Part shown: in pieces, positions 37,161 through 50,700 of the stretch
Position numbering within the stretch: the first letter of the stretch is position 1
Layout: each line of letters starts with the position of its first letter
From: Felis catus
Lineage: Eukaryota
Assembly (NCBI RefSeq): GCF_018350175.1
Contig: NC_058368.1
Coordinates: 78,122,001-78,186,000 of the forward strand
Length of the DNA stretch: 64,000 nt
Direction of reading: 5' to 3'
Program-made: the position numbers and the translations under genes
Notes under the pieces: generated by a model
Told to the model about the DNA's origin: nothing
Databases searched by the model: none
What the model saw: only the letters and a program-made list of their open reading frames with translations

Positions 37161-37986
37161 ACAAATTAATACAGAAGAATAATAAAAACGTAACAGTTTA
37201 TAGTGAATTTTCAATATTCTGATACGTGAAAATGCTTATCACAATACCTGGTGCATCCTAAGTACTCAGTTTTTGTTAGCTACGATCACAACCTGCTTCT
37301 AGAGTGAAAAGTAATTTTCTAGGCACTGACTCATGGCGCATCCACAGGATAGACAGGAAATGACAGGGTTCTTTAAAGTTGTCCGCACACTTTATATAAT
37401 TTCGGAACAAAGCACTCATGAGAACTCCCAGAAGAAAGTCTATATTTCATCCATCGCTGTATGCTTGCATTTACAAGACTGACCGCTTCGCGGTGAAACT
37501 GTATGTAGCGTGGGCCATTTAATTACCAGTGTTAATATTTACACATATGGGAAACTTGATACCAAATTAACTTAATTTCAAACTTCCATGCTCCAGTTGT
37601 TTTTATCGATATCGCAACACAGCAATAATTGTACTGCCAGTTTCTTAGGATGTAGCTCGAACCATTAAAATACAAAAGAAAAACACGGGATGTCAGTGCA
37701 CAGCTGTTGTTTAAACAGAGCAAGAAACCACATTGGCAATCAGAACATTTTAACATCTAAAAATGGTTCTAAGATAAATTTAAACACTCCTTTAAATACT
37801 CTATGCCTTTGAGAGTGATGAAAGATAAACAAAAGAAGAATTAAAAGAACATGAGGTCTGAATATAGACAATCACAGGGACATACACACACGCAAAAGCC
37901 TCCATTTTCATTCGTAAATAAAATATTCAGTGAAGTTTTAAGCATATAAAGTGAAATAAAACTCAATCTGCTGTTCTACAACTAAA

Positions 37987-38197
37987 TTTCTTTTAAGTTT
38001 ATTTATTATTTTTGAGAGAGGGAGAGTGCACATGAGCTGGGGAAGGGCAGAGACATAGGGAGAGAGAGAATCCCAAGCAGGCTCTGAGTTGTCAGTGCAG
38101 AGCCCAACGCGGCGCTCGAACTCACGAACCGCAAGGTCATGACCTGAGCAGAAACCAAGAGTCGGACGCTCAACCGACTGAGCCACCCAGGCGCCCC
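37987..38197 (-). mobile_element. CanSINE
   Basis: Full body. Confidence 0.93.
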
Positions 38198-38199
38198 TA

Positions 38200-38303
38200 T
38201 GATTTCAATTTGAAGTAATCTCTACACCTAACGTGGGGCTCAAACCCACAACCCTGAGATCAAGAGTTTCAAACTCTAGCGACTGAGCCACCCAGGCGCC
38301 CCT
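38200..38303 (-). mobile_element. Short old CanSINE
   Basis: aagtaatctctacacctaacgtggggctc...ccaggcgccc. Confidence 0.85.
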
Positions 38304-38939
38304 ACTCAGTTCTACTTTGGTACCATGGAAGTTACTGTGTTTCTCTTGTGCACTGGTAGTGTGAGGGGAATGTTGTAGGATTGCTTCTGGCCTGTCCTTC
38401 CTGACACACCCCTCAGCCTCTCCTCCCTTGTCTCACCGCCTTCCCAGGGCTCCACCTGGAGCAATGAACACACACTCTCGGATCCCACACACCTTTCTGT
38501 TCATTCTTGCCTCCCCATCTCAAGGCTTCTTCCTATCTCCCCCAGGTCTGCACACCGCCCGCTGGCCTCTTATTCTCCTTCTTCCATCAACCCCAAGGAC
38601 CATTAAGCAGGTCGTGGGAGGTATGCTGAGGAAAATTTGCAATGTTCTCTAAAAGCTATAGATAGGCACCTTTTTCTTGCTTTCTCCTGTTTCGAACTTT
38701 CCTCCAGGGAAAGAACATGATACTTTATTTGACTGAATACTGAGAGGACCAAGAAGTAGAAATAAATGCCAGGAAGGATCATGACACCAGAGAAATCTGA
38801 CATGATCTAATAAACCTCAGCATGCTGCCTGATGCGAGGAGGCAGCTTTCAGAATATGACATGAGAAAGGTTGCTAGCATTCCCAGGGGGCAGTTTGTGA
38901 AACAGAAGAAGTTGATCCCCATGGTTTAAAGAGGAGTTA

Positions 38940-39140
38940 AGTCAATATTTAATGTGTGGTGTTTCAAAACTATCTCAATGCCCGATTAATAGTATTAATA
39001 ATTAGTAACTGATCATTACAATAATGTATTAATATTGATTCGTTAACTGTGACAGATATATAATACTAATGAAAGATGCCAGTAGTAAATGAAACTAAGT
39101 ATATGACACATGGGAACTCAGCATTTCTTTGTAACTGTTA
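38940..39140 (+). mobile_element. L1MC-like 3' fragment
   Basis: atattgattcgttaactgtgac...atgggaactc. Confidence 0.6.
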
Positions 39141-39144
39141 AACA

Positions 39145-39377
39145 ATTTTTTTATTAATTTCTTTTTTTTTTGAAAGAGAGAGAGATAGAGAGAGACGGAG
39201 AGTGAGCAGGAAACAGTAGAGAGACAAGGAGACACAGAATCCGAAGCAGGTTCCAGACTCTGAGCTGTCAGCACAGAGCCCAACGCAGAGCTCAAACTCA
39301 GGAACTCAAACTCGAACTCGAGATTGTGACCTGAGCTGAAATCTGACCCTTAATCAGCTGAACCACCCAGGTGCCCC
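39145..39377 (-). mobile_element. CanSINE
   Basis: Full body with a small internal duplication. Confidence 0.92.
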
Positions 39378-39411
39378 ATAACTTTTTTTTTTTAAACTCA
39401 AAACAATTCTT

Positions 39412-39600
39412 GGGAACCTGAGTGGCTCAGTTGGTTAAGTGTCTCACTCTTGATTTCGGCTCAGGTCATGATCTCACAAACAGAGGGTTTGAGCGTGTGA
39501 CCTGCTTGGGATTCTCTCTCTCTCCTTCTGCCCCTTTCTCCCACCTCACACTCTTGAGCTGTCTCTCAAAATAAATAAACTTCAAATCTAAATAAATAAA
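39412..39600 (+). mobile_element. CanSINE (internal deletion)
   Basis: Head, CT tract and aataaa tail. Confidence 0.9.
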
Positions 39601-39942
39601 CTCACAAAAATTCTAAAATGAAAGGATTTTTAAATAGATTTTGAACTTTTATTCCCAAGGAAAAGGTGATGCATTTAACTAAGAATTGTTTATTTCATTT
39701 TCAAAGCTGGTTAATTATGTACTAGACAGTATCCAAACTAACACTCTTCCAAAATTGAATCAGTAACTAGGAACAAGTCCACTAACTTTTAAGAGTTATG
39801 CTTTCATGCACATTTAAGTTGCCATTTTGAATTACAATTATAGATTGCTGACATGGCCGACGGGGGGGGGGGTTCCCTTTTAAAACTCAGTAGAAAGCTA
39901 TTTTATTTTTCATGTATTAAAGAGAAAAGAAGGAGAAATCTG

Positions 39943-40044
39943 TCAGTTTAGTGTCTGACTCTTGATTTCAGCTCAGATCATGATCTCACTGTCGTAAGTT
40001 TGAGCCCCATTTGGGTTTCAGGCTGAGCCTGGTGCCTACTTGAG

Positions 40045-40090
<46 letters not shown>

Positions 40091-40149
40091 TCTCCCTCTC
40101 CCCCTATCCCCTGCTTGCACTTGGTCTCTCTCTAAAAAAAGTAATAAAA
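39943..40149 (+). mobile_element. 5'-truncated CanSINE with an expanded (CT)n tract
   Basis: (CT)n at about 40046-40090. Confidence 0.9.
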
Positions 40150-40646
40150 TATGTAAAGGCAAGAAAAATCCCATTGCTTATTGTGTTTATATTGGTCTAC
40201 ACATACGCTTTTTTCCTTTTTTCACATGAATTAAATTAGGGGCTTTGCAGTATGAACAGCAGTTAAGAGAAGTATCCTCATAGAAAACTGAGCCTCCCAA
40301 ATTATATATCACACATCAGATTCCTGCTACAACACTGGACCCCTCGTGCTCTCCCCTTGAAGCGTTTCTACTTTTCTTGTGATACCTTCCCAGAAGCATT
40401 CATTTATTTTCCTGGTCTCCTAAAATCACTAGAGTTTTAGATTTGTGAATTAAACGTAACTGATCTTTCTTTACAGAAGACATAAAACCATGTGAAAGCA
40501 TTCTGCCGTGATTTATACACCAGACTCTACTAGGATCAAATCCTGGGGAGCAAATGAATTATGCCATTTATTTCAGAGTCTCAGTGACTTCATCAGTGGG
40601 TGTTTTCCCTTAATTTAATAAACTAAAAGAAAACTGGGTATTTTTT

Positions 40647-40880
40647 ATTTTTTATTTATTTTTAATTTTTTTTTTTACATTTATTTATTTTTGAGAAACA
40701 GAGTGAGACAAAGCATGAGCAGGGGAGGGGCAGAGAGAGAAAGAGACACAGAATCCGAAGCAGGCTCCAGGCTCCGAGCTGTCAGCACAGAGCCCAATGC
40801 GGGGCTCGAACCCACAAACTGTGAGATCATGACCTGAGCCGAAGTCGGACGTTCAACTGACTGAGCCACTCAGGTTCCCC
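40647..40880 (-). mobile_element. CanSINE
   Basis: TSD gaaaactgggtatttttt. Confidence 0.94.
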
Positions 40881-41424
40881 TGAAAACTGGGTATTTTTTA
40901 ATGTATTTTCAGAGTTGTGTGCTTTAGGGAAACTTGGAAATAAAATCGTTGTGCACATTTTGATTTTACTGAGGAAAATAAATCCCGTTAGCTCCATTCC
41001 TCTTCAGTTCTGAAAATTGTTGTTTGATTATCCACCAGTTTCTCTTATTAATAGGATAAGTAATAAATTCAACCTCATTATTATTCTAAAGGATTTCCAA
41101 GATTAACCACAATAGTTAAAAATCTGTATTACTTTAAAAGGTCTATTGATACAACAAACAGAAACTTGACATTGCAAATTTCTACTGCTGTCAGCTTCAC
41201 AGCATTTGGCTTCCAGGAGGGTTATTTTCAGGGAGCATTTCATGATGCAGAATCTTTAGTTGTTTAGAAATATTTGGCATGTCCAACGTTGACTGATGCT
41301 AACTAAAGAAAGGAAGAAGAGGGAGAATGAATAAATCAATGAACTATCAGAAACAGTGGCTGGAGATCTGGTGGTTCTTCAACCACACATTCAAGAGTTT
41401 AAAAAAGAACTTATCAAGATTTCC

Positions 41425-42035
41425 ACTTCAGGTCAAGATGGAGTAACCATTTTCTACACTCTGAACAGCAGGCGGAAAAGGACATTAACCCCAAGAGACT
41501 GGTAACAAGTAAACGAGTCCTCTGATTCCCTGAGATGACTGTTTTGAGAGCATGTCCAGGCTAGGTCTGGGGTTCAGAGAATACCAAATAAGAAAAGGCA
41601 GTGAGAGAGAATTGCAGAGATCAGCAGAGGGACCCCTCCAGCAGCCAGCTGATCAACAAATGCAGGTGACATAAGACATGTGGTCAGTGGGAAAACCACA
41701 GAAAAGTCTAGCAGAAATAGGGCCCTGTTCTTGCCCAGGGCTCTGAGCAGTATCTACTCACACCGGCCAGACTGGTGATCTCATGATTTGTGGGGCTGCG
41801 GGCACAGCGTTCAGAGGGTCTTGCCTCAGGACTGGCAGCAGGTGGTCCTGGACTCGCCACTTCTCCGGTCCTGCCTAACACATCTCAAAAACAACATCTG
41901 GAAGGATGAAACTGTTTCCAGCTAACTCTGTCCTAGAACACAGAGCAGTAATGCTTTTAGGGATATAATATTATTCACCACCGAGTAAGGTAAAATTCAC
42001 AGTGTCTGGGATCCAATAAAAAATTACCAGGGATG
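41425..42035 (+). mobile_element. Ancient L1 5' region (L1M4/L1MC-like)
   Basis: Starts acttcaggtcaagatggagtaac; ends aggtaaaattcacagtgtctgggatccaataaaaaattaccagg. Confidence 0.7.
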
Positions 42036-42037
42036 AT

Positions 42038-42188
42038 GGGGCCCCTGGGGGGCTCGGTGGGTTGAGCGTCTGACTTCAGCTCAGGTCATGATCTCACAGT
42101 TCGTGAGTTCAAGCCCCCGCATTGGGCTCTGTGCTGACAGCTCAGAGCCTGGAGCCTGCTTCCCATTCTGTGTCTCCCTCTCTCTCTG
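42038..42188 (+). mobile_element. 3'-truncated CanSINE
   Basis: Stops within the CT tract; no tail or TSD. Confidence 0.92.
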
Positions 42189-42199
42189 AGGGAACCTGC

Positions 42200-42860
42200 T
42201 CAGAACCCTGCACTCCCCAATCTCCCAGCGCCTGGCGACCACCATTCTACTTTTTCTCTATGAATTTGACAGTTACCTAAGTCTTTTGTGTACATGTAAT
42301 CATACAACATTTGTCCGGTTAGTGTCTGGCTTATTTCACTTGGGGTAGAGTCTTCAAGGTATTGATACTAGAGCAGTCACAATCTCACGCTTCTCTGATT
42401 TCAAGAGTAGAATTCAGTGATTCATCGCTTACATGTAACACCCAGTGCTCATCCCAACAAGTGCCCTCCTTAATGCCCACCACCTATTTAGCCCATCTCC
42501 TACCCACCTCTCCTCTGGTAACCCTCAGTTTGTTCTCTGCATTTAAGAGTGTCTTATGGTTCGCCTCCATTCATTTCTAAGGCTGAATAATGTTCCATTA
42601 TTTGTCCACACATTTTGTTTATCGGTCCATCTGTTGACGGACATTGGGATTGTTTCTCCCCTCCTGGGGCCATAAATATCTGTTCTAGTCCCAGCTTGCA
42701 ATTCTTTTAGACATATTCTGAAAGTGGAAATGCATACGGTAATTCTGTATTCAATTTTTTGAGAACTATCTTGTTTTCCACAGTGTCTGCACCATTTTAC
42801 ACTCCCACTAGCAAGGCCAAGGTTTAGGGGTTCTCCACATCCTAACCAACCCTTCTCCTT
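42200..42860 (-). mobile_element. Antisense L1 3' fragments, including a carnivore L1 3'UTR piece at about 42390-42570
   Basis: aacacccagtgctcatc...accctcagtttgttctct; accattttacactcccactagca. Confidence 0.8.
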
Positions 42861-43924
42861 ACCCATCTATTTGATATCTTTTCAATAAATGATATTAGAG
42901 CAATTTAATATCCATATGCAAACAAACTTAGTTATATCTAGCCTCGCTCTTTCCTTAAGGTGATGTTTTTTTCCAGGGCTCTAGAAAATCTGAGATAGAT
43001 TCCTATATGAAATATAGATGGAAATTTTTTTTTCTTTTTGCCAAAGGTATGATATGATATATGAAAGGCAGCTCACTTGGTTAAGGTAGGATTATGCATT
43101 CCTGAGAAAGAATATTTGGATACCTATTTCCTCAGTGTGACAATGGGATTGTGAGGTATCTTAGCTCAGTCAAAAATGAGGGAGTCGGATGATAATTTTT
43201 TAATCTATTTTTATTTATTTTATTTACTTTTTTCATACAATAATTTTTGAAAATCGATGATACAGTAAAGTCAGCACTAGCAGGTAAATTATTCTAGTGA
43301 GATATGGATTCTCTGCTACTTGGGAAGATTACCTAGAAGGCAATTAAGAACCTCTGTTAATCCATTGTCAAGAACTCTAAGCCCAGCTGATAGTTTTAAC
43401 ACAGAAAGCTGAAATCTGGTTTTGCATTACTAAATATTTATACAGTTTCACAAGCTTTTTATTCCTTACGAGTAAGAGCCAATTTGGGCAAAATTTTAAG
43501 ACATTTTATTTCTTCTTTTCAGATTCATTATTTACAGTTATTATAAATGAAAAAAAATTTAATTTCCTTCCTGCCCACCTTCTATAACATTTCCTATCCA
43601 CACGTTTGTGTCTGTCTCTCTTCTCTTTTATTCTGGGGAAATCATACTTCATGACAAATATTTTTTTCTCTTTGGAGAAACAAAAGCTCACTTTAACAGC
43701 TTGCATACACAGCTGAATGTCTGTCACTGTAACTCCCGGTATAGTCTCAACAGTCTATATTCATTAAACTTTTAGCCAAAGTAACTCACTTATATTTCAC
43801 AAAATAAAACTGGAAGTTTTATCTTGAGAACTTTGTGTATAATATGCTATCATTTGACAGATTATCAAAATGTTGGACAGCTGTTGCACAACTTTCTACA
43901 CCCTCGGATGCTACATTTGCCCCA

Positions 43925-44096
43925 TGTTTAGCGACATGACTCTTGATTTTGGCTCGGTCATGATCGCACAGTTGGGAGATCGAGCTCCGCATCGGGCTCT
44001 CTGCCTCCGACAGCACTGAGCCTGCTTGGGATTCTCTCTCTCCCTTCTCTCTCCTCTCCCCTGTGCACGTGCTCTTTCTCTCTCAATAAATAAATA
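43925..44096 (+). mobile_element. 5'-truncated CanSINE
   Basis: Body and tail present. Confidence 0.9.
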
Positions 44097-44137
44097 GCAA
44101 CAGTATACAAATACCAAATAATGTTTAATAGTCAAAA

Positions 44138-44347
44138 TTTTATTTATTTTTTAAAGTTTATTATTTATTGTTTTGAAAGAGACAGAGGGCAGAAGGGGCA
44201 GGGAGAGAGGGAGAGAGAGAGAATCCCAAGCAGGCTCCACACTGTCAGCACAGAGCCCGAAGTTGGGTTCAAACTCACAAACCACAAGTCATGACCTGAG
44301 CCGAAACCGAGTTGGCCACTTAACCAACTGAGCCACCCAGGTGCCCC
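44138..44347 (-). mobile_element. CanSINE
   Basis: TSD aatagtcaaa. Confidence 0.93.
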
Positions 44348-44811
44348 AATAGTCAAAGTTTTAGTACTCACCCGTACTTAGAATTTATTTAGATATACAA
44401 AGATTATTCATCAATCTATCTCCATGTATTGTAAAACCAAGTTTGTAAGTTATCTTTAAAATTATGTTTAAGCTGACATACTACAAAACATAATTACTGT
44501 GGATATTAAAGAGTTGCCAACATAATGATTCAATGTAGTTAAATAAAATAAATGAATTTTTGTAATTGTATATATTACATAGGTATATTGTTAGCTTATT
44601 TGACCAGTAAACACATAAGAAAAGTTTAGGAAGTTCAGATTAGTAGAGGTTTTCTTCATGAGAAAACAAACCCAGAGCTTAGTTTTAAAATCAATATACA
44701 GCTGCATTATACTTCACATGAATAAATCAAAGATGTTTCTCTTTCTTAAGCAAAAATTATTAAGCTGGTCTTATTTAGTAAAAAGGTTTACCCTAATTAT
44801 TTGTCTTAGGT

Positions 44812-45027
44812 TCCTTTATTTAATGTTTTTATTTGCTTTTGAGAGACAGAGAGAGACAGAGTGGGAGCAGGGGAGGGGAAGAGAGAGAGGGAGACACAGA
44901 ATCCCAAGCAGGCTCTAGGCTCTGAGCTGTCGGCACAGAGCCCAACATGGGGCTCAAACTCCTGAACCGTGAGATCATGACCTGAGCTGAAGTCAGACAC
45001 TCAACTGACTGAGCACCCAGGTGCCCC
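44812..45027 (-). mobile_element. CanSINE
   Basis: TSD tttgtcttag. Confidence 0.93.
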
Positions 45028-45928
45028 AGTTTGTCTTAGATTCTTAATATATATCTGAACCAGCAGGTTTTTTTTCTTCAAAGTCTAGCACATGTACAGA
45101 ATCATAAGTTTCTCATTTTTGGTGAAATTTGAAATTACTAGATTTTTGAAAACTCTTAAAAATTTGTATAAGCCAGTCAAAGAGAGCATCTTTGATTCAA
45201 AAGATGTTACATCATATTTATTCATGTCCTCTGGAGTTAGGAAAATAGTTCACACTCTTATGGGACTATTTCTTAAACACGGACAGGCAGGGCCACAGAT
45301 CCATGAAGAGTGTATAACCTTACTGTCCAACCTGAACTAGCAGTGAAAAGAAATAGACAGAAAGACAATGACACCAGATCAAAAGAGCTATTCATTCCCC
45401 TTCTGACTGGACACAGACATCTTAATGGACCTAATCAAAGTCACAATTAGACAAAACCCAAAAGACTGACAAACTGAATTCTCTACCTTCTCTCACCCAG
45501 CAGAAGGTAGCTGTCCAAATTCTACCCAGTAGGGATCACCAAATACCCAGACCTTTGAATCAAATTCCCACGAATGCTACCACTGAAGGGAAATGACTTA
45601 CTGTCCATGCACAAGACAGAAACAAAACATCCAAGGAGAGGGAAGCAGGGAGTTCAGTTTAACTGCTGCCTGGAACGCACTCCAAGATGGGAGAAAAGGG
45701 GCACTTGGACTTCAACTGCCCATGAGGTGTTTTCCCAGACAGCACGGTTCACTTTGCTCCAGTTGGGTTTCCTGGTGAAACTTCCAAAACTTTCAATGTC
45801 TCATTTTCAAATATGCTTTTTAAATGAAATTTATAAAAGTAAGATGAATATATACCAAACATTTGTTTAATCCATCACTTAAAGGGACTGATTAAGATAT
45901 TATACCCAATTCAAAAAGCCCTTAAGAA

Positions 45929-46144
45929 GGGCCGCCCGGATGGCTCAGTTGGTTAAGCGTCCGACTCCAGCTCAGGTCATGATCTCGAAATTCATGAGTT
46001 CGAGCCCTGCGTCAGGCTCTGTGCCGACAGCTCGGAGCCTGGAGCCTGCTTGGGATTCTGCATCTGCCTCTCTCTCTGCCCTTCCCCTGCTCGTGCTCTG
46101 TCTCTCTGTCTCTCTATCAAAAATAAACAAACATTAAAAAAAAA
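45929..46144 (+). mobile_element. CanSINE
   Basis: TSD aaagccct(t/g)aagaagg. Confidence 0.93.
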
Positions 46145-46469
46145 CAAAGCCCTGAAGAAGGCAGACGAAATTGGCAATCATAGGGTAAGAGTGTTGGGTT
46201 AATATATAAAACTGACTAATGTCAAAAGAGCCACATATACAAAAACTTCCAGCTTATCTCTGGAGAAAAGTCACTTGCATCTCTACCAGACAAAAATCTA
46301 CAAGTTAAAATGTCACCTTACTTAAATCTTTGAATTACCCCAGCCCCTTCCAGACTTTCCTCCATTCCACACCCACACACAGCAAAGTCTACCCTTTGTC
46401 TCGGGGACACGTTTCTGCTCTTCCTGGACATCCTGTTCTACTACAGTGATGCCTACACACAGAATGGGG

Positions 46470-46600
46470 AAGCAAGAGACCTGAGTTCAAGTCTTAGATT
46501 CGCCACCAACTAATCTTACGACCCTTGGCAAACTATTTTTCCCTTTAAACTCCAACATCCTTCTTTACAACATGAAGATGACAATACGATATATTGATAT
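46470..46600 (+). mobile_element. MIR fragment
   Basis: gacctgagttcaagtc...gccaccaacta...gacccttggcaaact. Confidence 0.65.
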
Positions 46601-46729
46601 GATATTGATATACGATGTGATAAACAAAAGGGTAAAATGCACAATGGCTGTCTTTCCGACATGGCGCTGTCTCCCAGATTCTGCGTGGCCTGCTTCCCAT
46701 CGCTGTCTTTCTCGGGGAGGTTGGCTATG

Positions 46730-47150
46730 GGTTCCCCAACAGAAATTTCTGAGATGATGGAAATGTGGTAGCCTCACACTCGAGTGGCCGTTGAGCATTT
46801 GAAATGTGGGTAGGACAAAAGAGAAACGGAGTCTTTAAAAGTAATTTCAGGGGCGCCTGGGTGGCGCAGTCGGTTAAGCGTCCGACTTCAGCCAGGTCAC
46901 GATCTCGCGGTCCGTGAGTTCGAGCCCCGCGTCAGGCTCTGGGCTGATGGCTCGGAACCTGGAGCCTGTTTCCGATTCTGTGTCTCCCTCTCTCTCTGCC
47001 CCTCCCCTGTTCATGCTCTGTCTCTCTCTGTCCCAAAAATAAATAAAAAAGGTTGAAAAAAAAATTAAAAAAAAAATAAAAGTAATTTCACTTTAACTTA
47101 TGTAAATGTAAACGTCTCCTGTGGCTAGTGGGTTGTGTGGAGTAGAGTGT
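46730..47150. mobile_element. MER3-like hAT MITE split by a SINE
   Basis: gaaatttctgagatgatggaaatg...ttgagcatttgaaatgtgg...tgtggctagtgg. Confidence 0.7.
46850..47076 (+). mobile_element. Young SINEC_Fc-type CanSINE
   Basis: Perfect 14-bp TSD taaaagtaatttca at 46836 and 47077. Confidence 0.96.
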
Positions 47151-47442
47151 GGTGCAACGACAGCAGTTCAGAGCAAGAAGTTGTCACCTCTTGGATGTTG
47201 GGCTGCATAGTTAATTCTTGATGATCAGAGTTGAAGACCGGACATAGGAATTAGGCTACCCGAACTCCCTGGTTGACTATATATTAAGTGCTAGCTCAGT
47301 ACGATCCCTTTCACTTCCTGAATAATATTTTTTAAAACGCAAAGCCTCAAGCCTAGCTCTAAATTTGGAGAGGGGGTGCCCCTGGTTCCTGGACTTTCAT
47401 GCATTCAAAAAAAACGTGTCCATAGTTTTGATATTATCTGCG

Positions 47443-47560
47443 GTTTTTTGTTTTGTTTTGTTTTGGGGGGTTTGTTTTTGTTTGGGTTTTTTTTTGTTTT
47501 TGTTTTTTGGGGGGTTTGTGTTTTTGTGCTTGTTGTTGTTGTTGTTTGTTTGTTTTGTTT
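47443..47560. repeat. T/G-rich low-complexity tract ((TTTTG)n/(GTT)n)
   Basis: Seen directly. Confidence 0.9.
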
Positions 47561-47602
47561 AGCTCCTTCACCTGAATGCCTTTTAAAAGCTGTTAAGTTC
47601 CA

Positions 47603-47771
47603 GGGCGCCTGGGTGGCTTAGTCAGTTAAGCATCCAACTGCTGATTTGGGCTCAGGTCATGATCTCAAGGTCTCAACTCTGCTCTGACAGCACGGAGCCT
47701 GCTTGGGATCCTCTCTCTCTGACTCTCTCTTTCTCTTTCTCAAAATAAATAAATAAACTTAAAAAAAAAAA
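47603..47771 (+). mobile_element. CanSINE (internal deletion)
   Basis: Head and tail present, middle missing. Confidence 0.9.
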
Positions 47772-50700
47772 GAAATAGAACTGTTTAGGTGCACAATAAC
47801 TTAAATTCTTTGGACGTTCTGTGTTTGGACATTGCTCCTGGGCAGCTGTCTGGTACTGAATTGCCTGAGCCGCTGAGGGTGTCTAATCTGCATGATATAC
47901 ACAACATTATTTAATAGACTTAGACAACATTATTTAATAGACTTTGCCCACCGCTAAAACCTCACCAGTGCATGTGCTAATAGTACGAATGCAAAAGAGA
48001 AGCCACTGACAAGTATGGCAGAAAACGTCTTGGTTTTCAGAAGGAGCCTTTATTTCAAATACTCTGATTTCCCACAAAGAACATGGGAACGTCAGAACAG
48101 ATATTTTAAATCTTGATTCTTGGTTGGAGAAAATAGAAACCCCTTCTCCATAGGTGTTAAATGCACGTATGTTAATTTACCACGTGCGTGTGTTAATTTA
48201 CCCTACTAATTAGTAGGTTATAATATTTAAAAATTCACTTACCCCAGTCATTTACGTATAAAAATGGAATGCGGAAGCTCGAATTACCAAATTTAAATTC
48301 CAGGGAAACAGGTGGCCTTTTCGCAAACCTAAGAGTCTTAATAACAACAGAAAAAGTCAGTTTCCTGCCCATGTGAGAAACTGTTACATCACGTAGACAC
48401 AGTCTATTCCCTTAAAATTCCCTTAAAGTGGGGCCACGTTCATTTCTTTATTTCACCATCTATCGGCTGGGAGCCCACCAGGCGGTCCAGACCCCAGGCG
48501 CTCAGGATACTACAAAGGACACAACAATATTGATTCTTACTCCTACGAAACTCACTTTTTTTTTTAACGTTTTAAAAAATAAATGCCTGGAGTAGGGTGG
48601 ATGATCATGCTACGTTAGAAACTACCTGCAGAGCCTGCTTGCAAACTGTAGCTGAGGAAACGTTAGCCAGTCTGCATCAGCGTGAGAACCTAAAGATACT
48701 CACGTAGCTGCATACTCCACCTTCGCTAACAGCACAGACAAGAACTCGAATAATCCACAAATATTTATTAAAATGTTCCTTGGGGTTATCTTTGAAACTC
48801 TGATGGTCCCTCAAACTCACAAAAGCCGTGATTGTTTCGTTTTCTCAGATAATTCAAACACAAAACATTTTCAGAATTTCAGGATTTCAGTTTCTGCCAT
48901 TTATTATTACCCATTAAAATGTTTCTCTCTTTTACTCTTCTTATCTTGTGCTTAAAAGTAATAGGCGTGTCTGCCAATCCAGCATTTCAGCCTTGGAGGG
49001 AGCAGTGGCTGCTGTCTTCTAAAATGAAATGAGAAAAGAGACAAAAGAACTAAGAAAGCTGAAACGATAAAGGTTCAAAACATAGCGATCAGATATGACC
49101 TTTCCGGAGACTAATGCTACAAACAATTTTGCAAATATACCACGTAGGAGAAAAACAAATAGCGATGAAAATGTGCGCTGCCCTCTCTTATTTTATAAAC
49201 ATCAGCACGCAAAATGTGTACATGCATCATGCTGGCTGAATACCAGGTAACAGTAGTGATTTATTTTTCTTGGGGGATTAAAAATTATAACCTGGAACTT
49301 CATACTGAAAGTGTTAAAATATACACATATTTTAGCCTTCAGCTAATTCTATGATAAACCAAAAGTCTTCATATTCTCCCCCAATATTGTTAGATGTACT
49401 CTCATCCAAATCAAAACTATAAAATTGCTGGCAAAGAAGAAAGCTGGAATTTTTTGTCATTACATAAGGAAGCTGATATCCCTAAGTCACTGGTAGGCAC
49501 CAAGGAAGCAGAAAACTGCTTCTCTATCTATTCTAAATTCCTGGCAACTGTATAAAAATAGAATTCTATGTTTTGCCTCTGCATTAAGAGTACATATCAA
49601 TTGCTTGTGGAGGGAAAACCAGACAACTTTCTCATGGTAAACTTGGGAAAATAACAAAAAGAATAAAGGAGAAATTAACATGACTCTTATTTCACTATCC
49701 AGAAGGAACAACTCATTATATTTTTGGAGTCTGTCTAGGTTATGTGTGAGGGGTAGGGTGTGGGTGGAGCGATGTTTGTCTTTGTAACTTGCTTTTACCA
49801 AACTGGAAACAGAGGTTATGTGCAGTTGAAAATATTAATTTTAGTAACACATTCTGAATTATTTTCCAAGTCCTTAAATATCCTTCAGAAACATGATTAT
49901 TTAATGTCTTCATAATAACCTATTATATAACTATACCATTGTTTAATTAATTAATCTCAATGTTTCACATATAGGATGTGAAACCTAACGAGGTTTTATT
50001 ATTATAAACAATACAATCTTAAATATCTATTATCAAACATTCCTACAAATGAGCTTACTCGTGAAATAATGTGAACTTAAAAAATACTATTTTCCTTCAT
50101 TAAAATTAATATTCAATATACCTCCTTGTACAATATAAGTCAAGGGCACAGAAAGCAGAATTAAAATAATCGGAATGATTCATAATCCTATCCTGTCCTC
50201 AGTTTTTCAGTTTATATGTCCTGTGCATTTTTTAAAAAGTGGGATCCAACTTTACCTACAATGCAAATGGTTTTATTTTTGTTCCAGAGTCTTCCTGCCA
50301 AACTGCTTTTTCAAAAGATTGCACCTATGTACGTTTTTCACAACCATTGTTACATTCTTAGCTAAAATAAATCTGTTTGTATTATAATCTCAGACTTTGC
50401 TCATTTTAGAAACATTTAAAAATGCATATAAGCCAATTATGGAGCATTTTAAAATAAGCGTCATCCCACTCCAAGGACATGGTCATTGTTAATATCCTGG
50501 TCTCCCCCCTTCCCGGCAGGGGAGAAAGTTGCTGCGGGGGAGGACCCCGGTCAGCCCGTGGAGGTACACATCCTGGCAGCTGTGGCACCTGCCTGTTTGT
50601 GCCTTCCTTTCCTTGCCGGGGACACGGGGAGCACGACAGTGTCTAAGTCGCTGAGCTGTTTCGAGGCTAGAGTGAGTAGATGTGGCACGCTTAAAACCTC

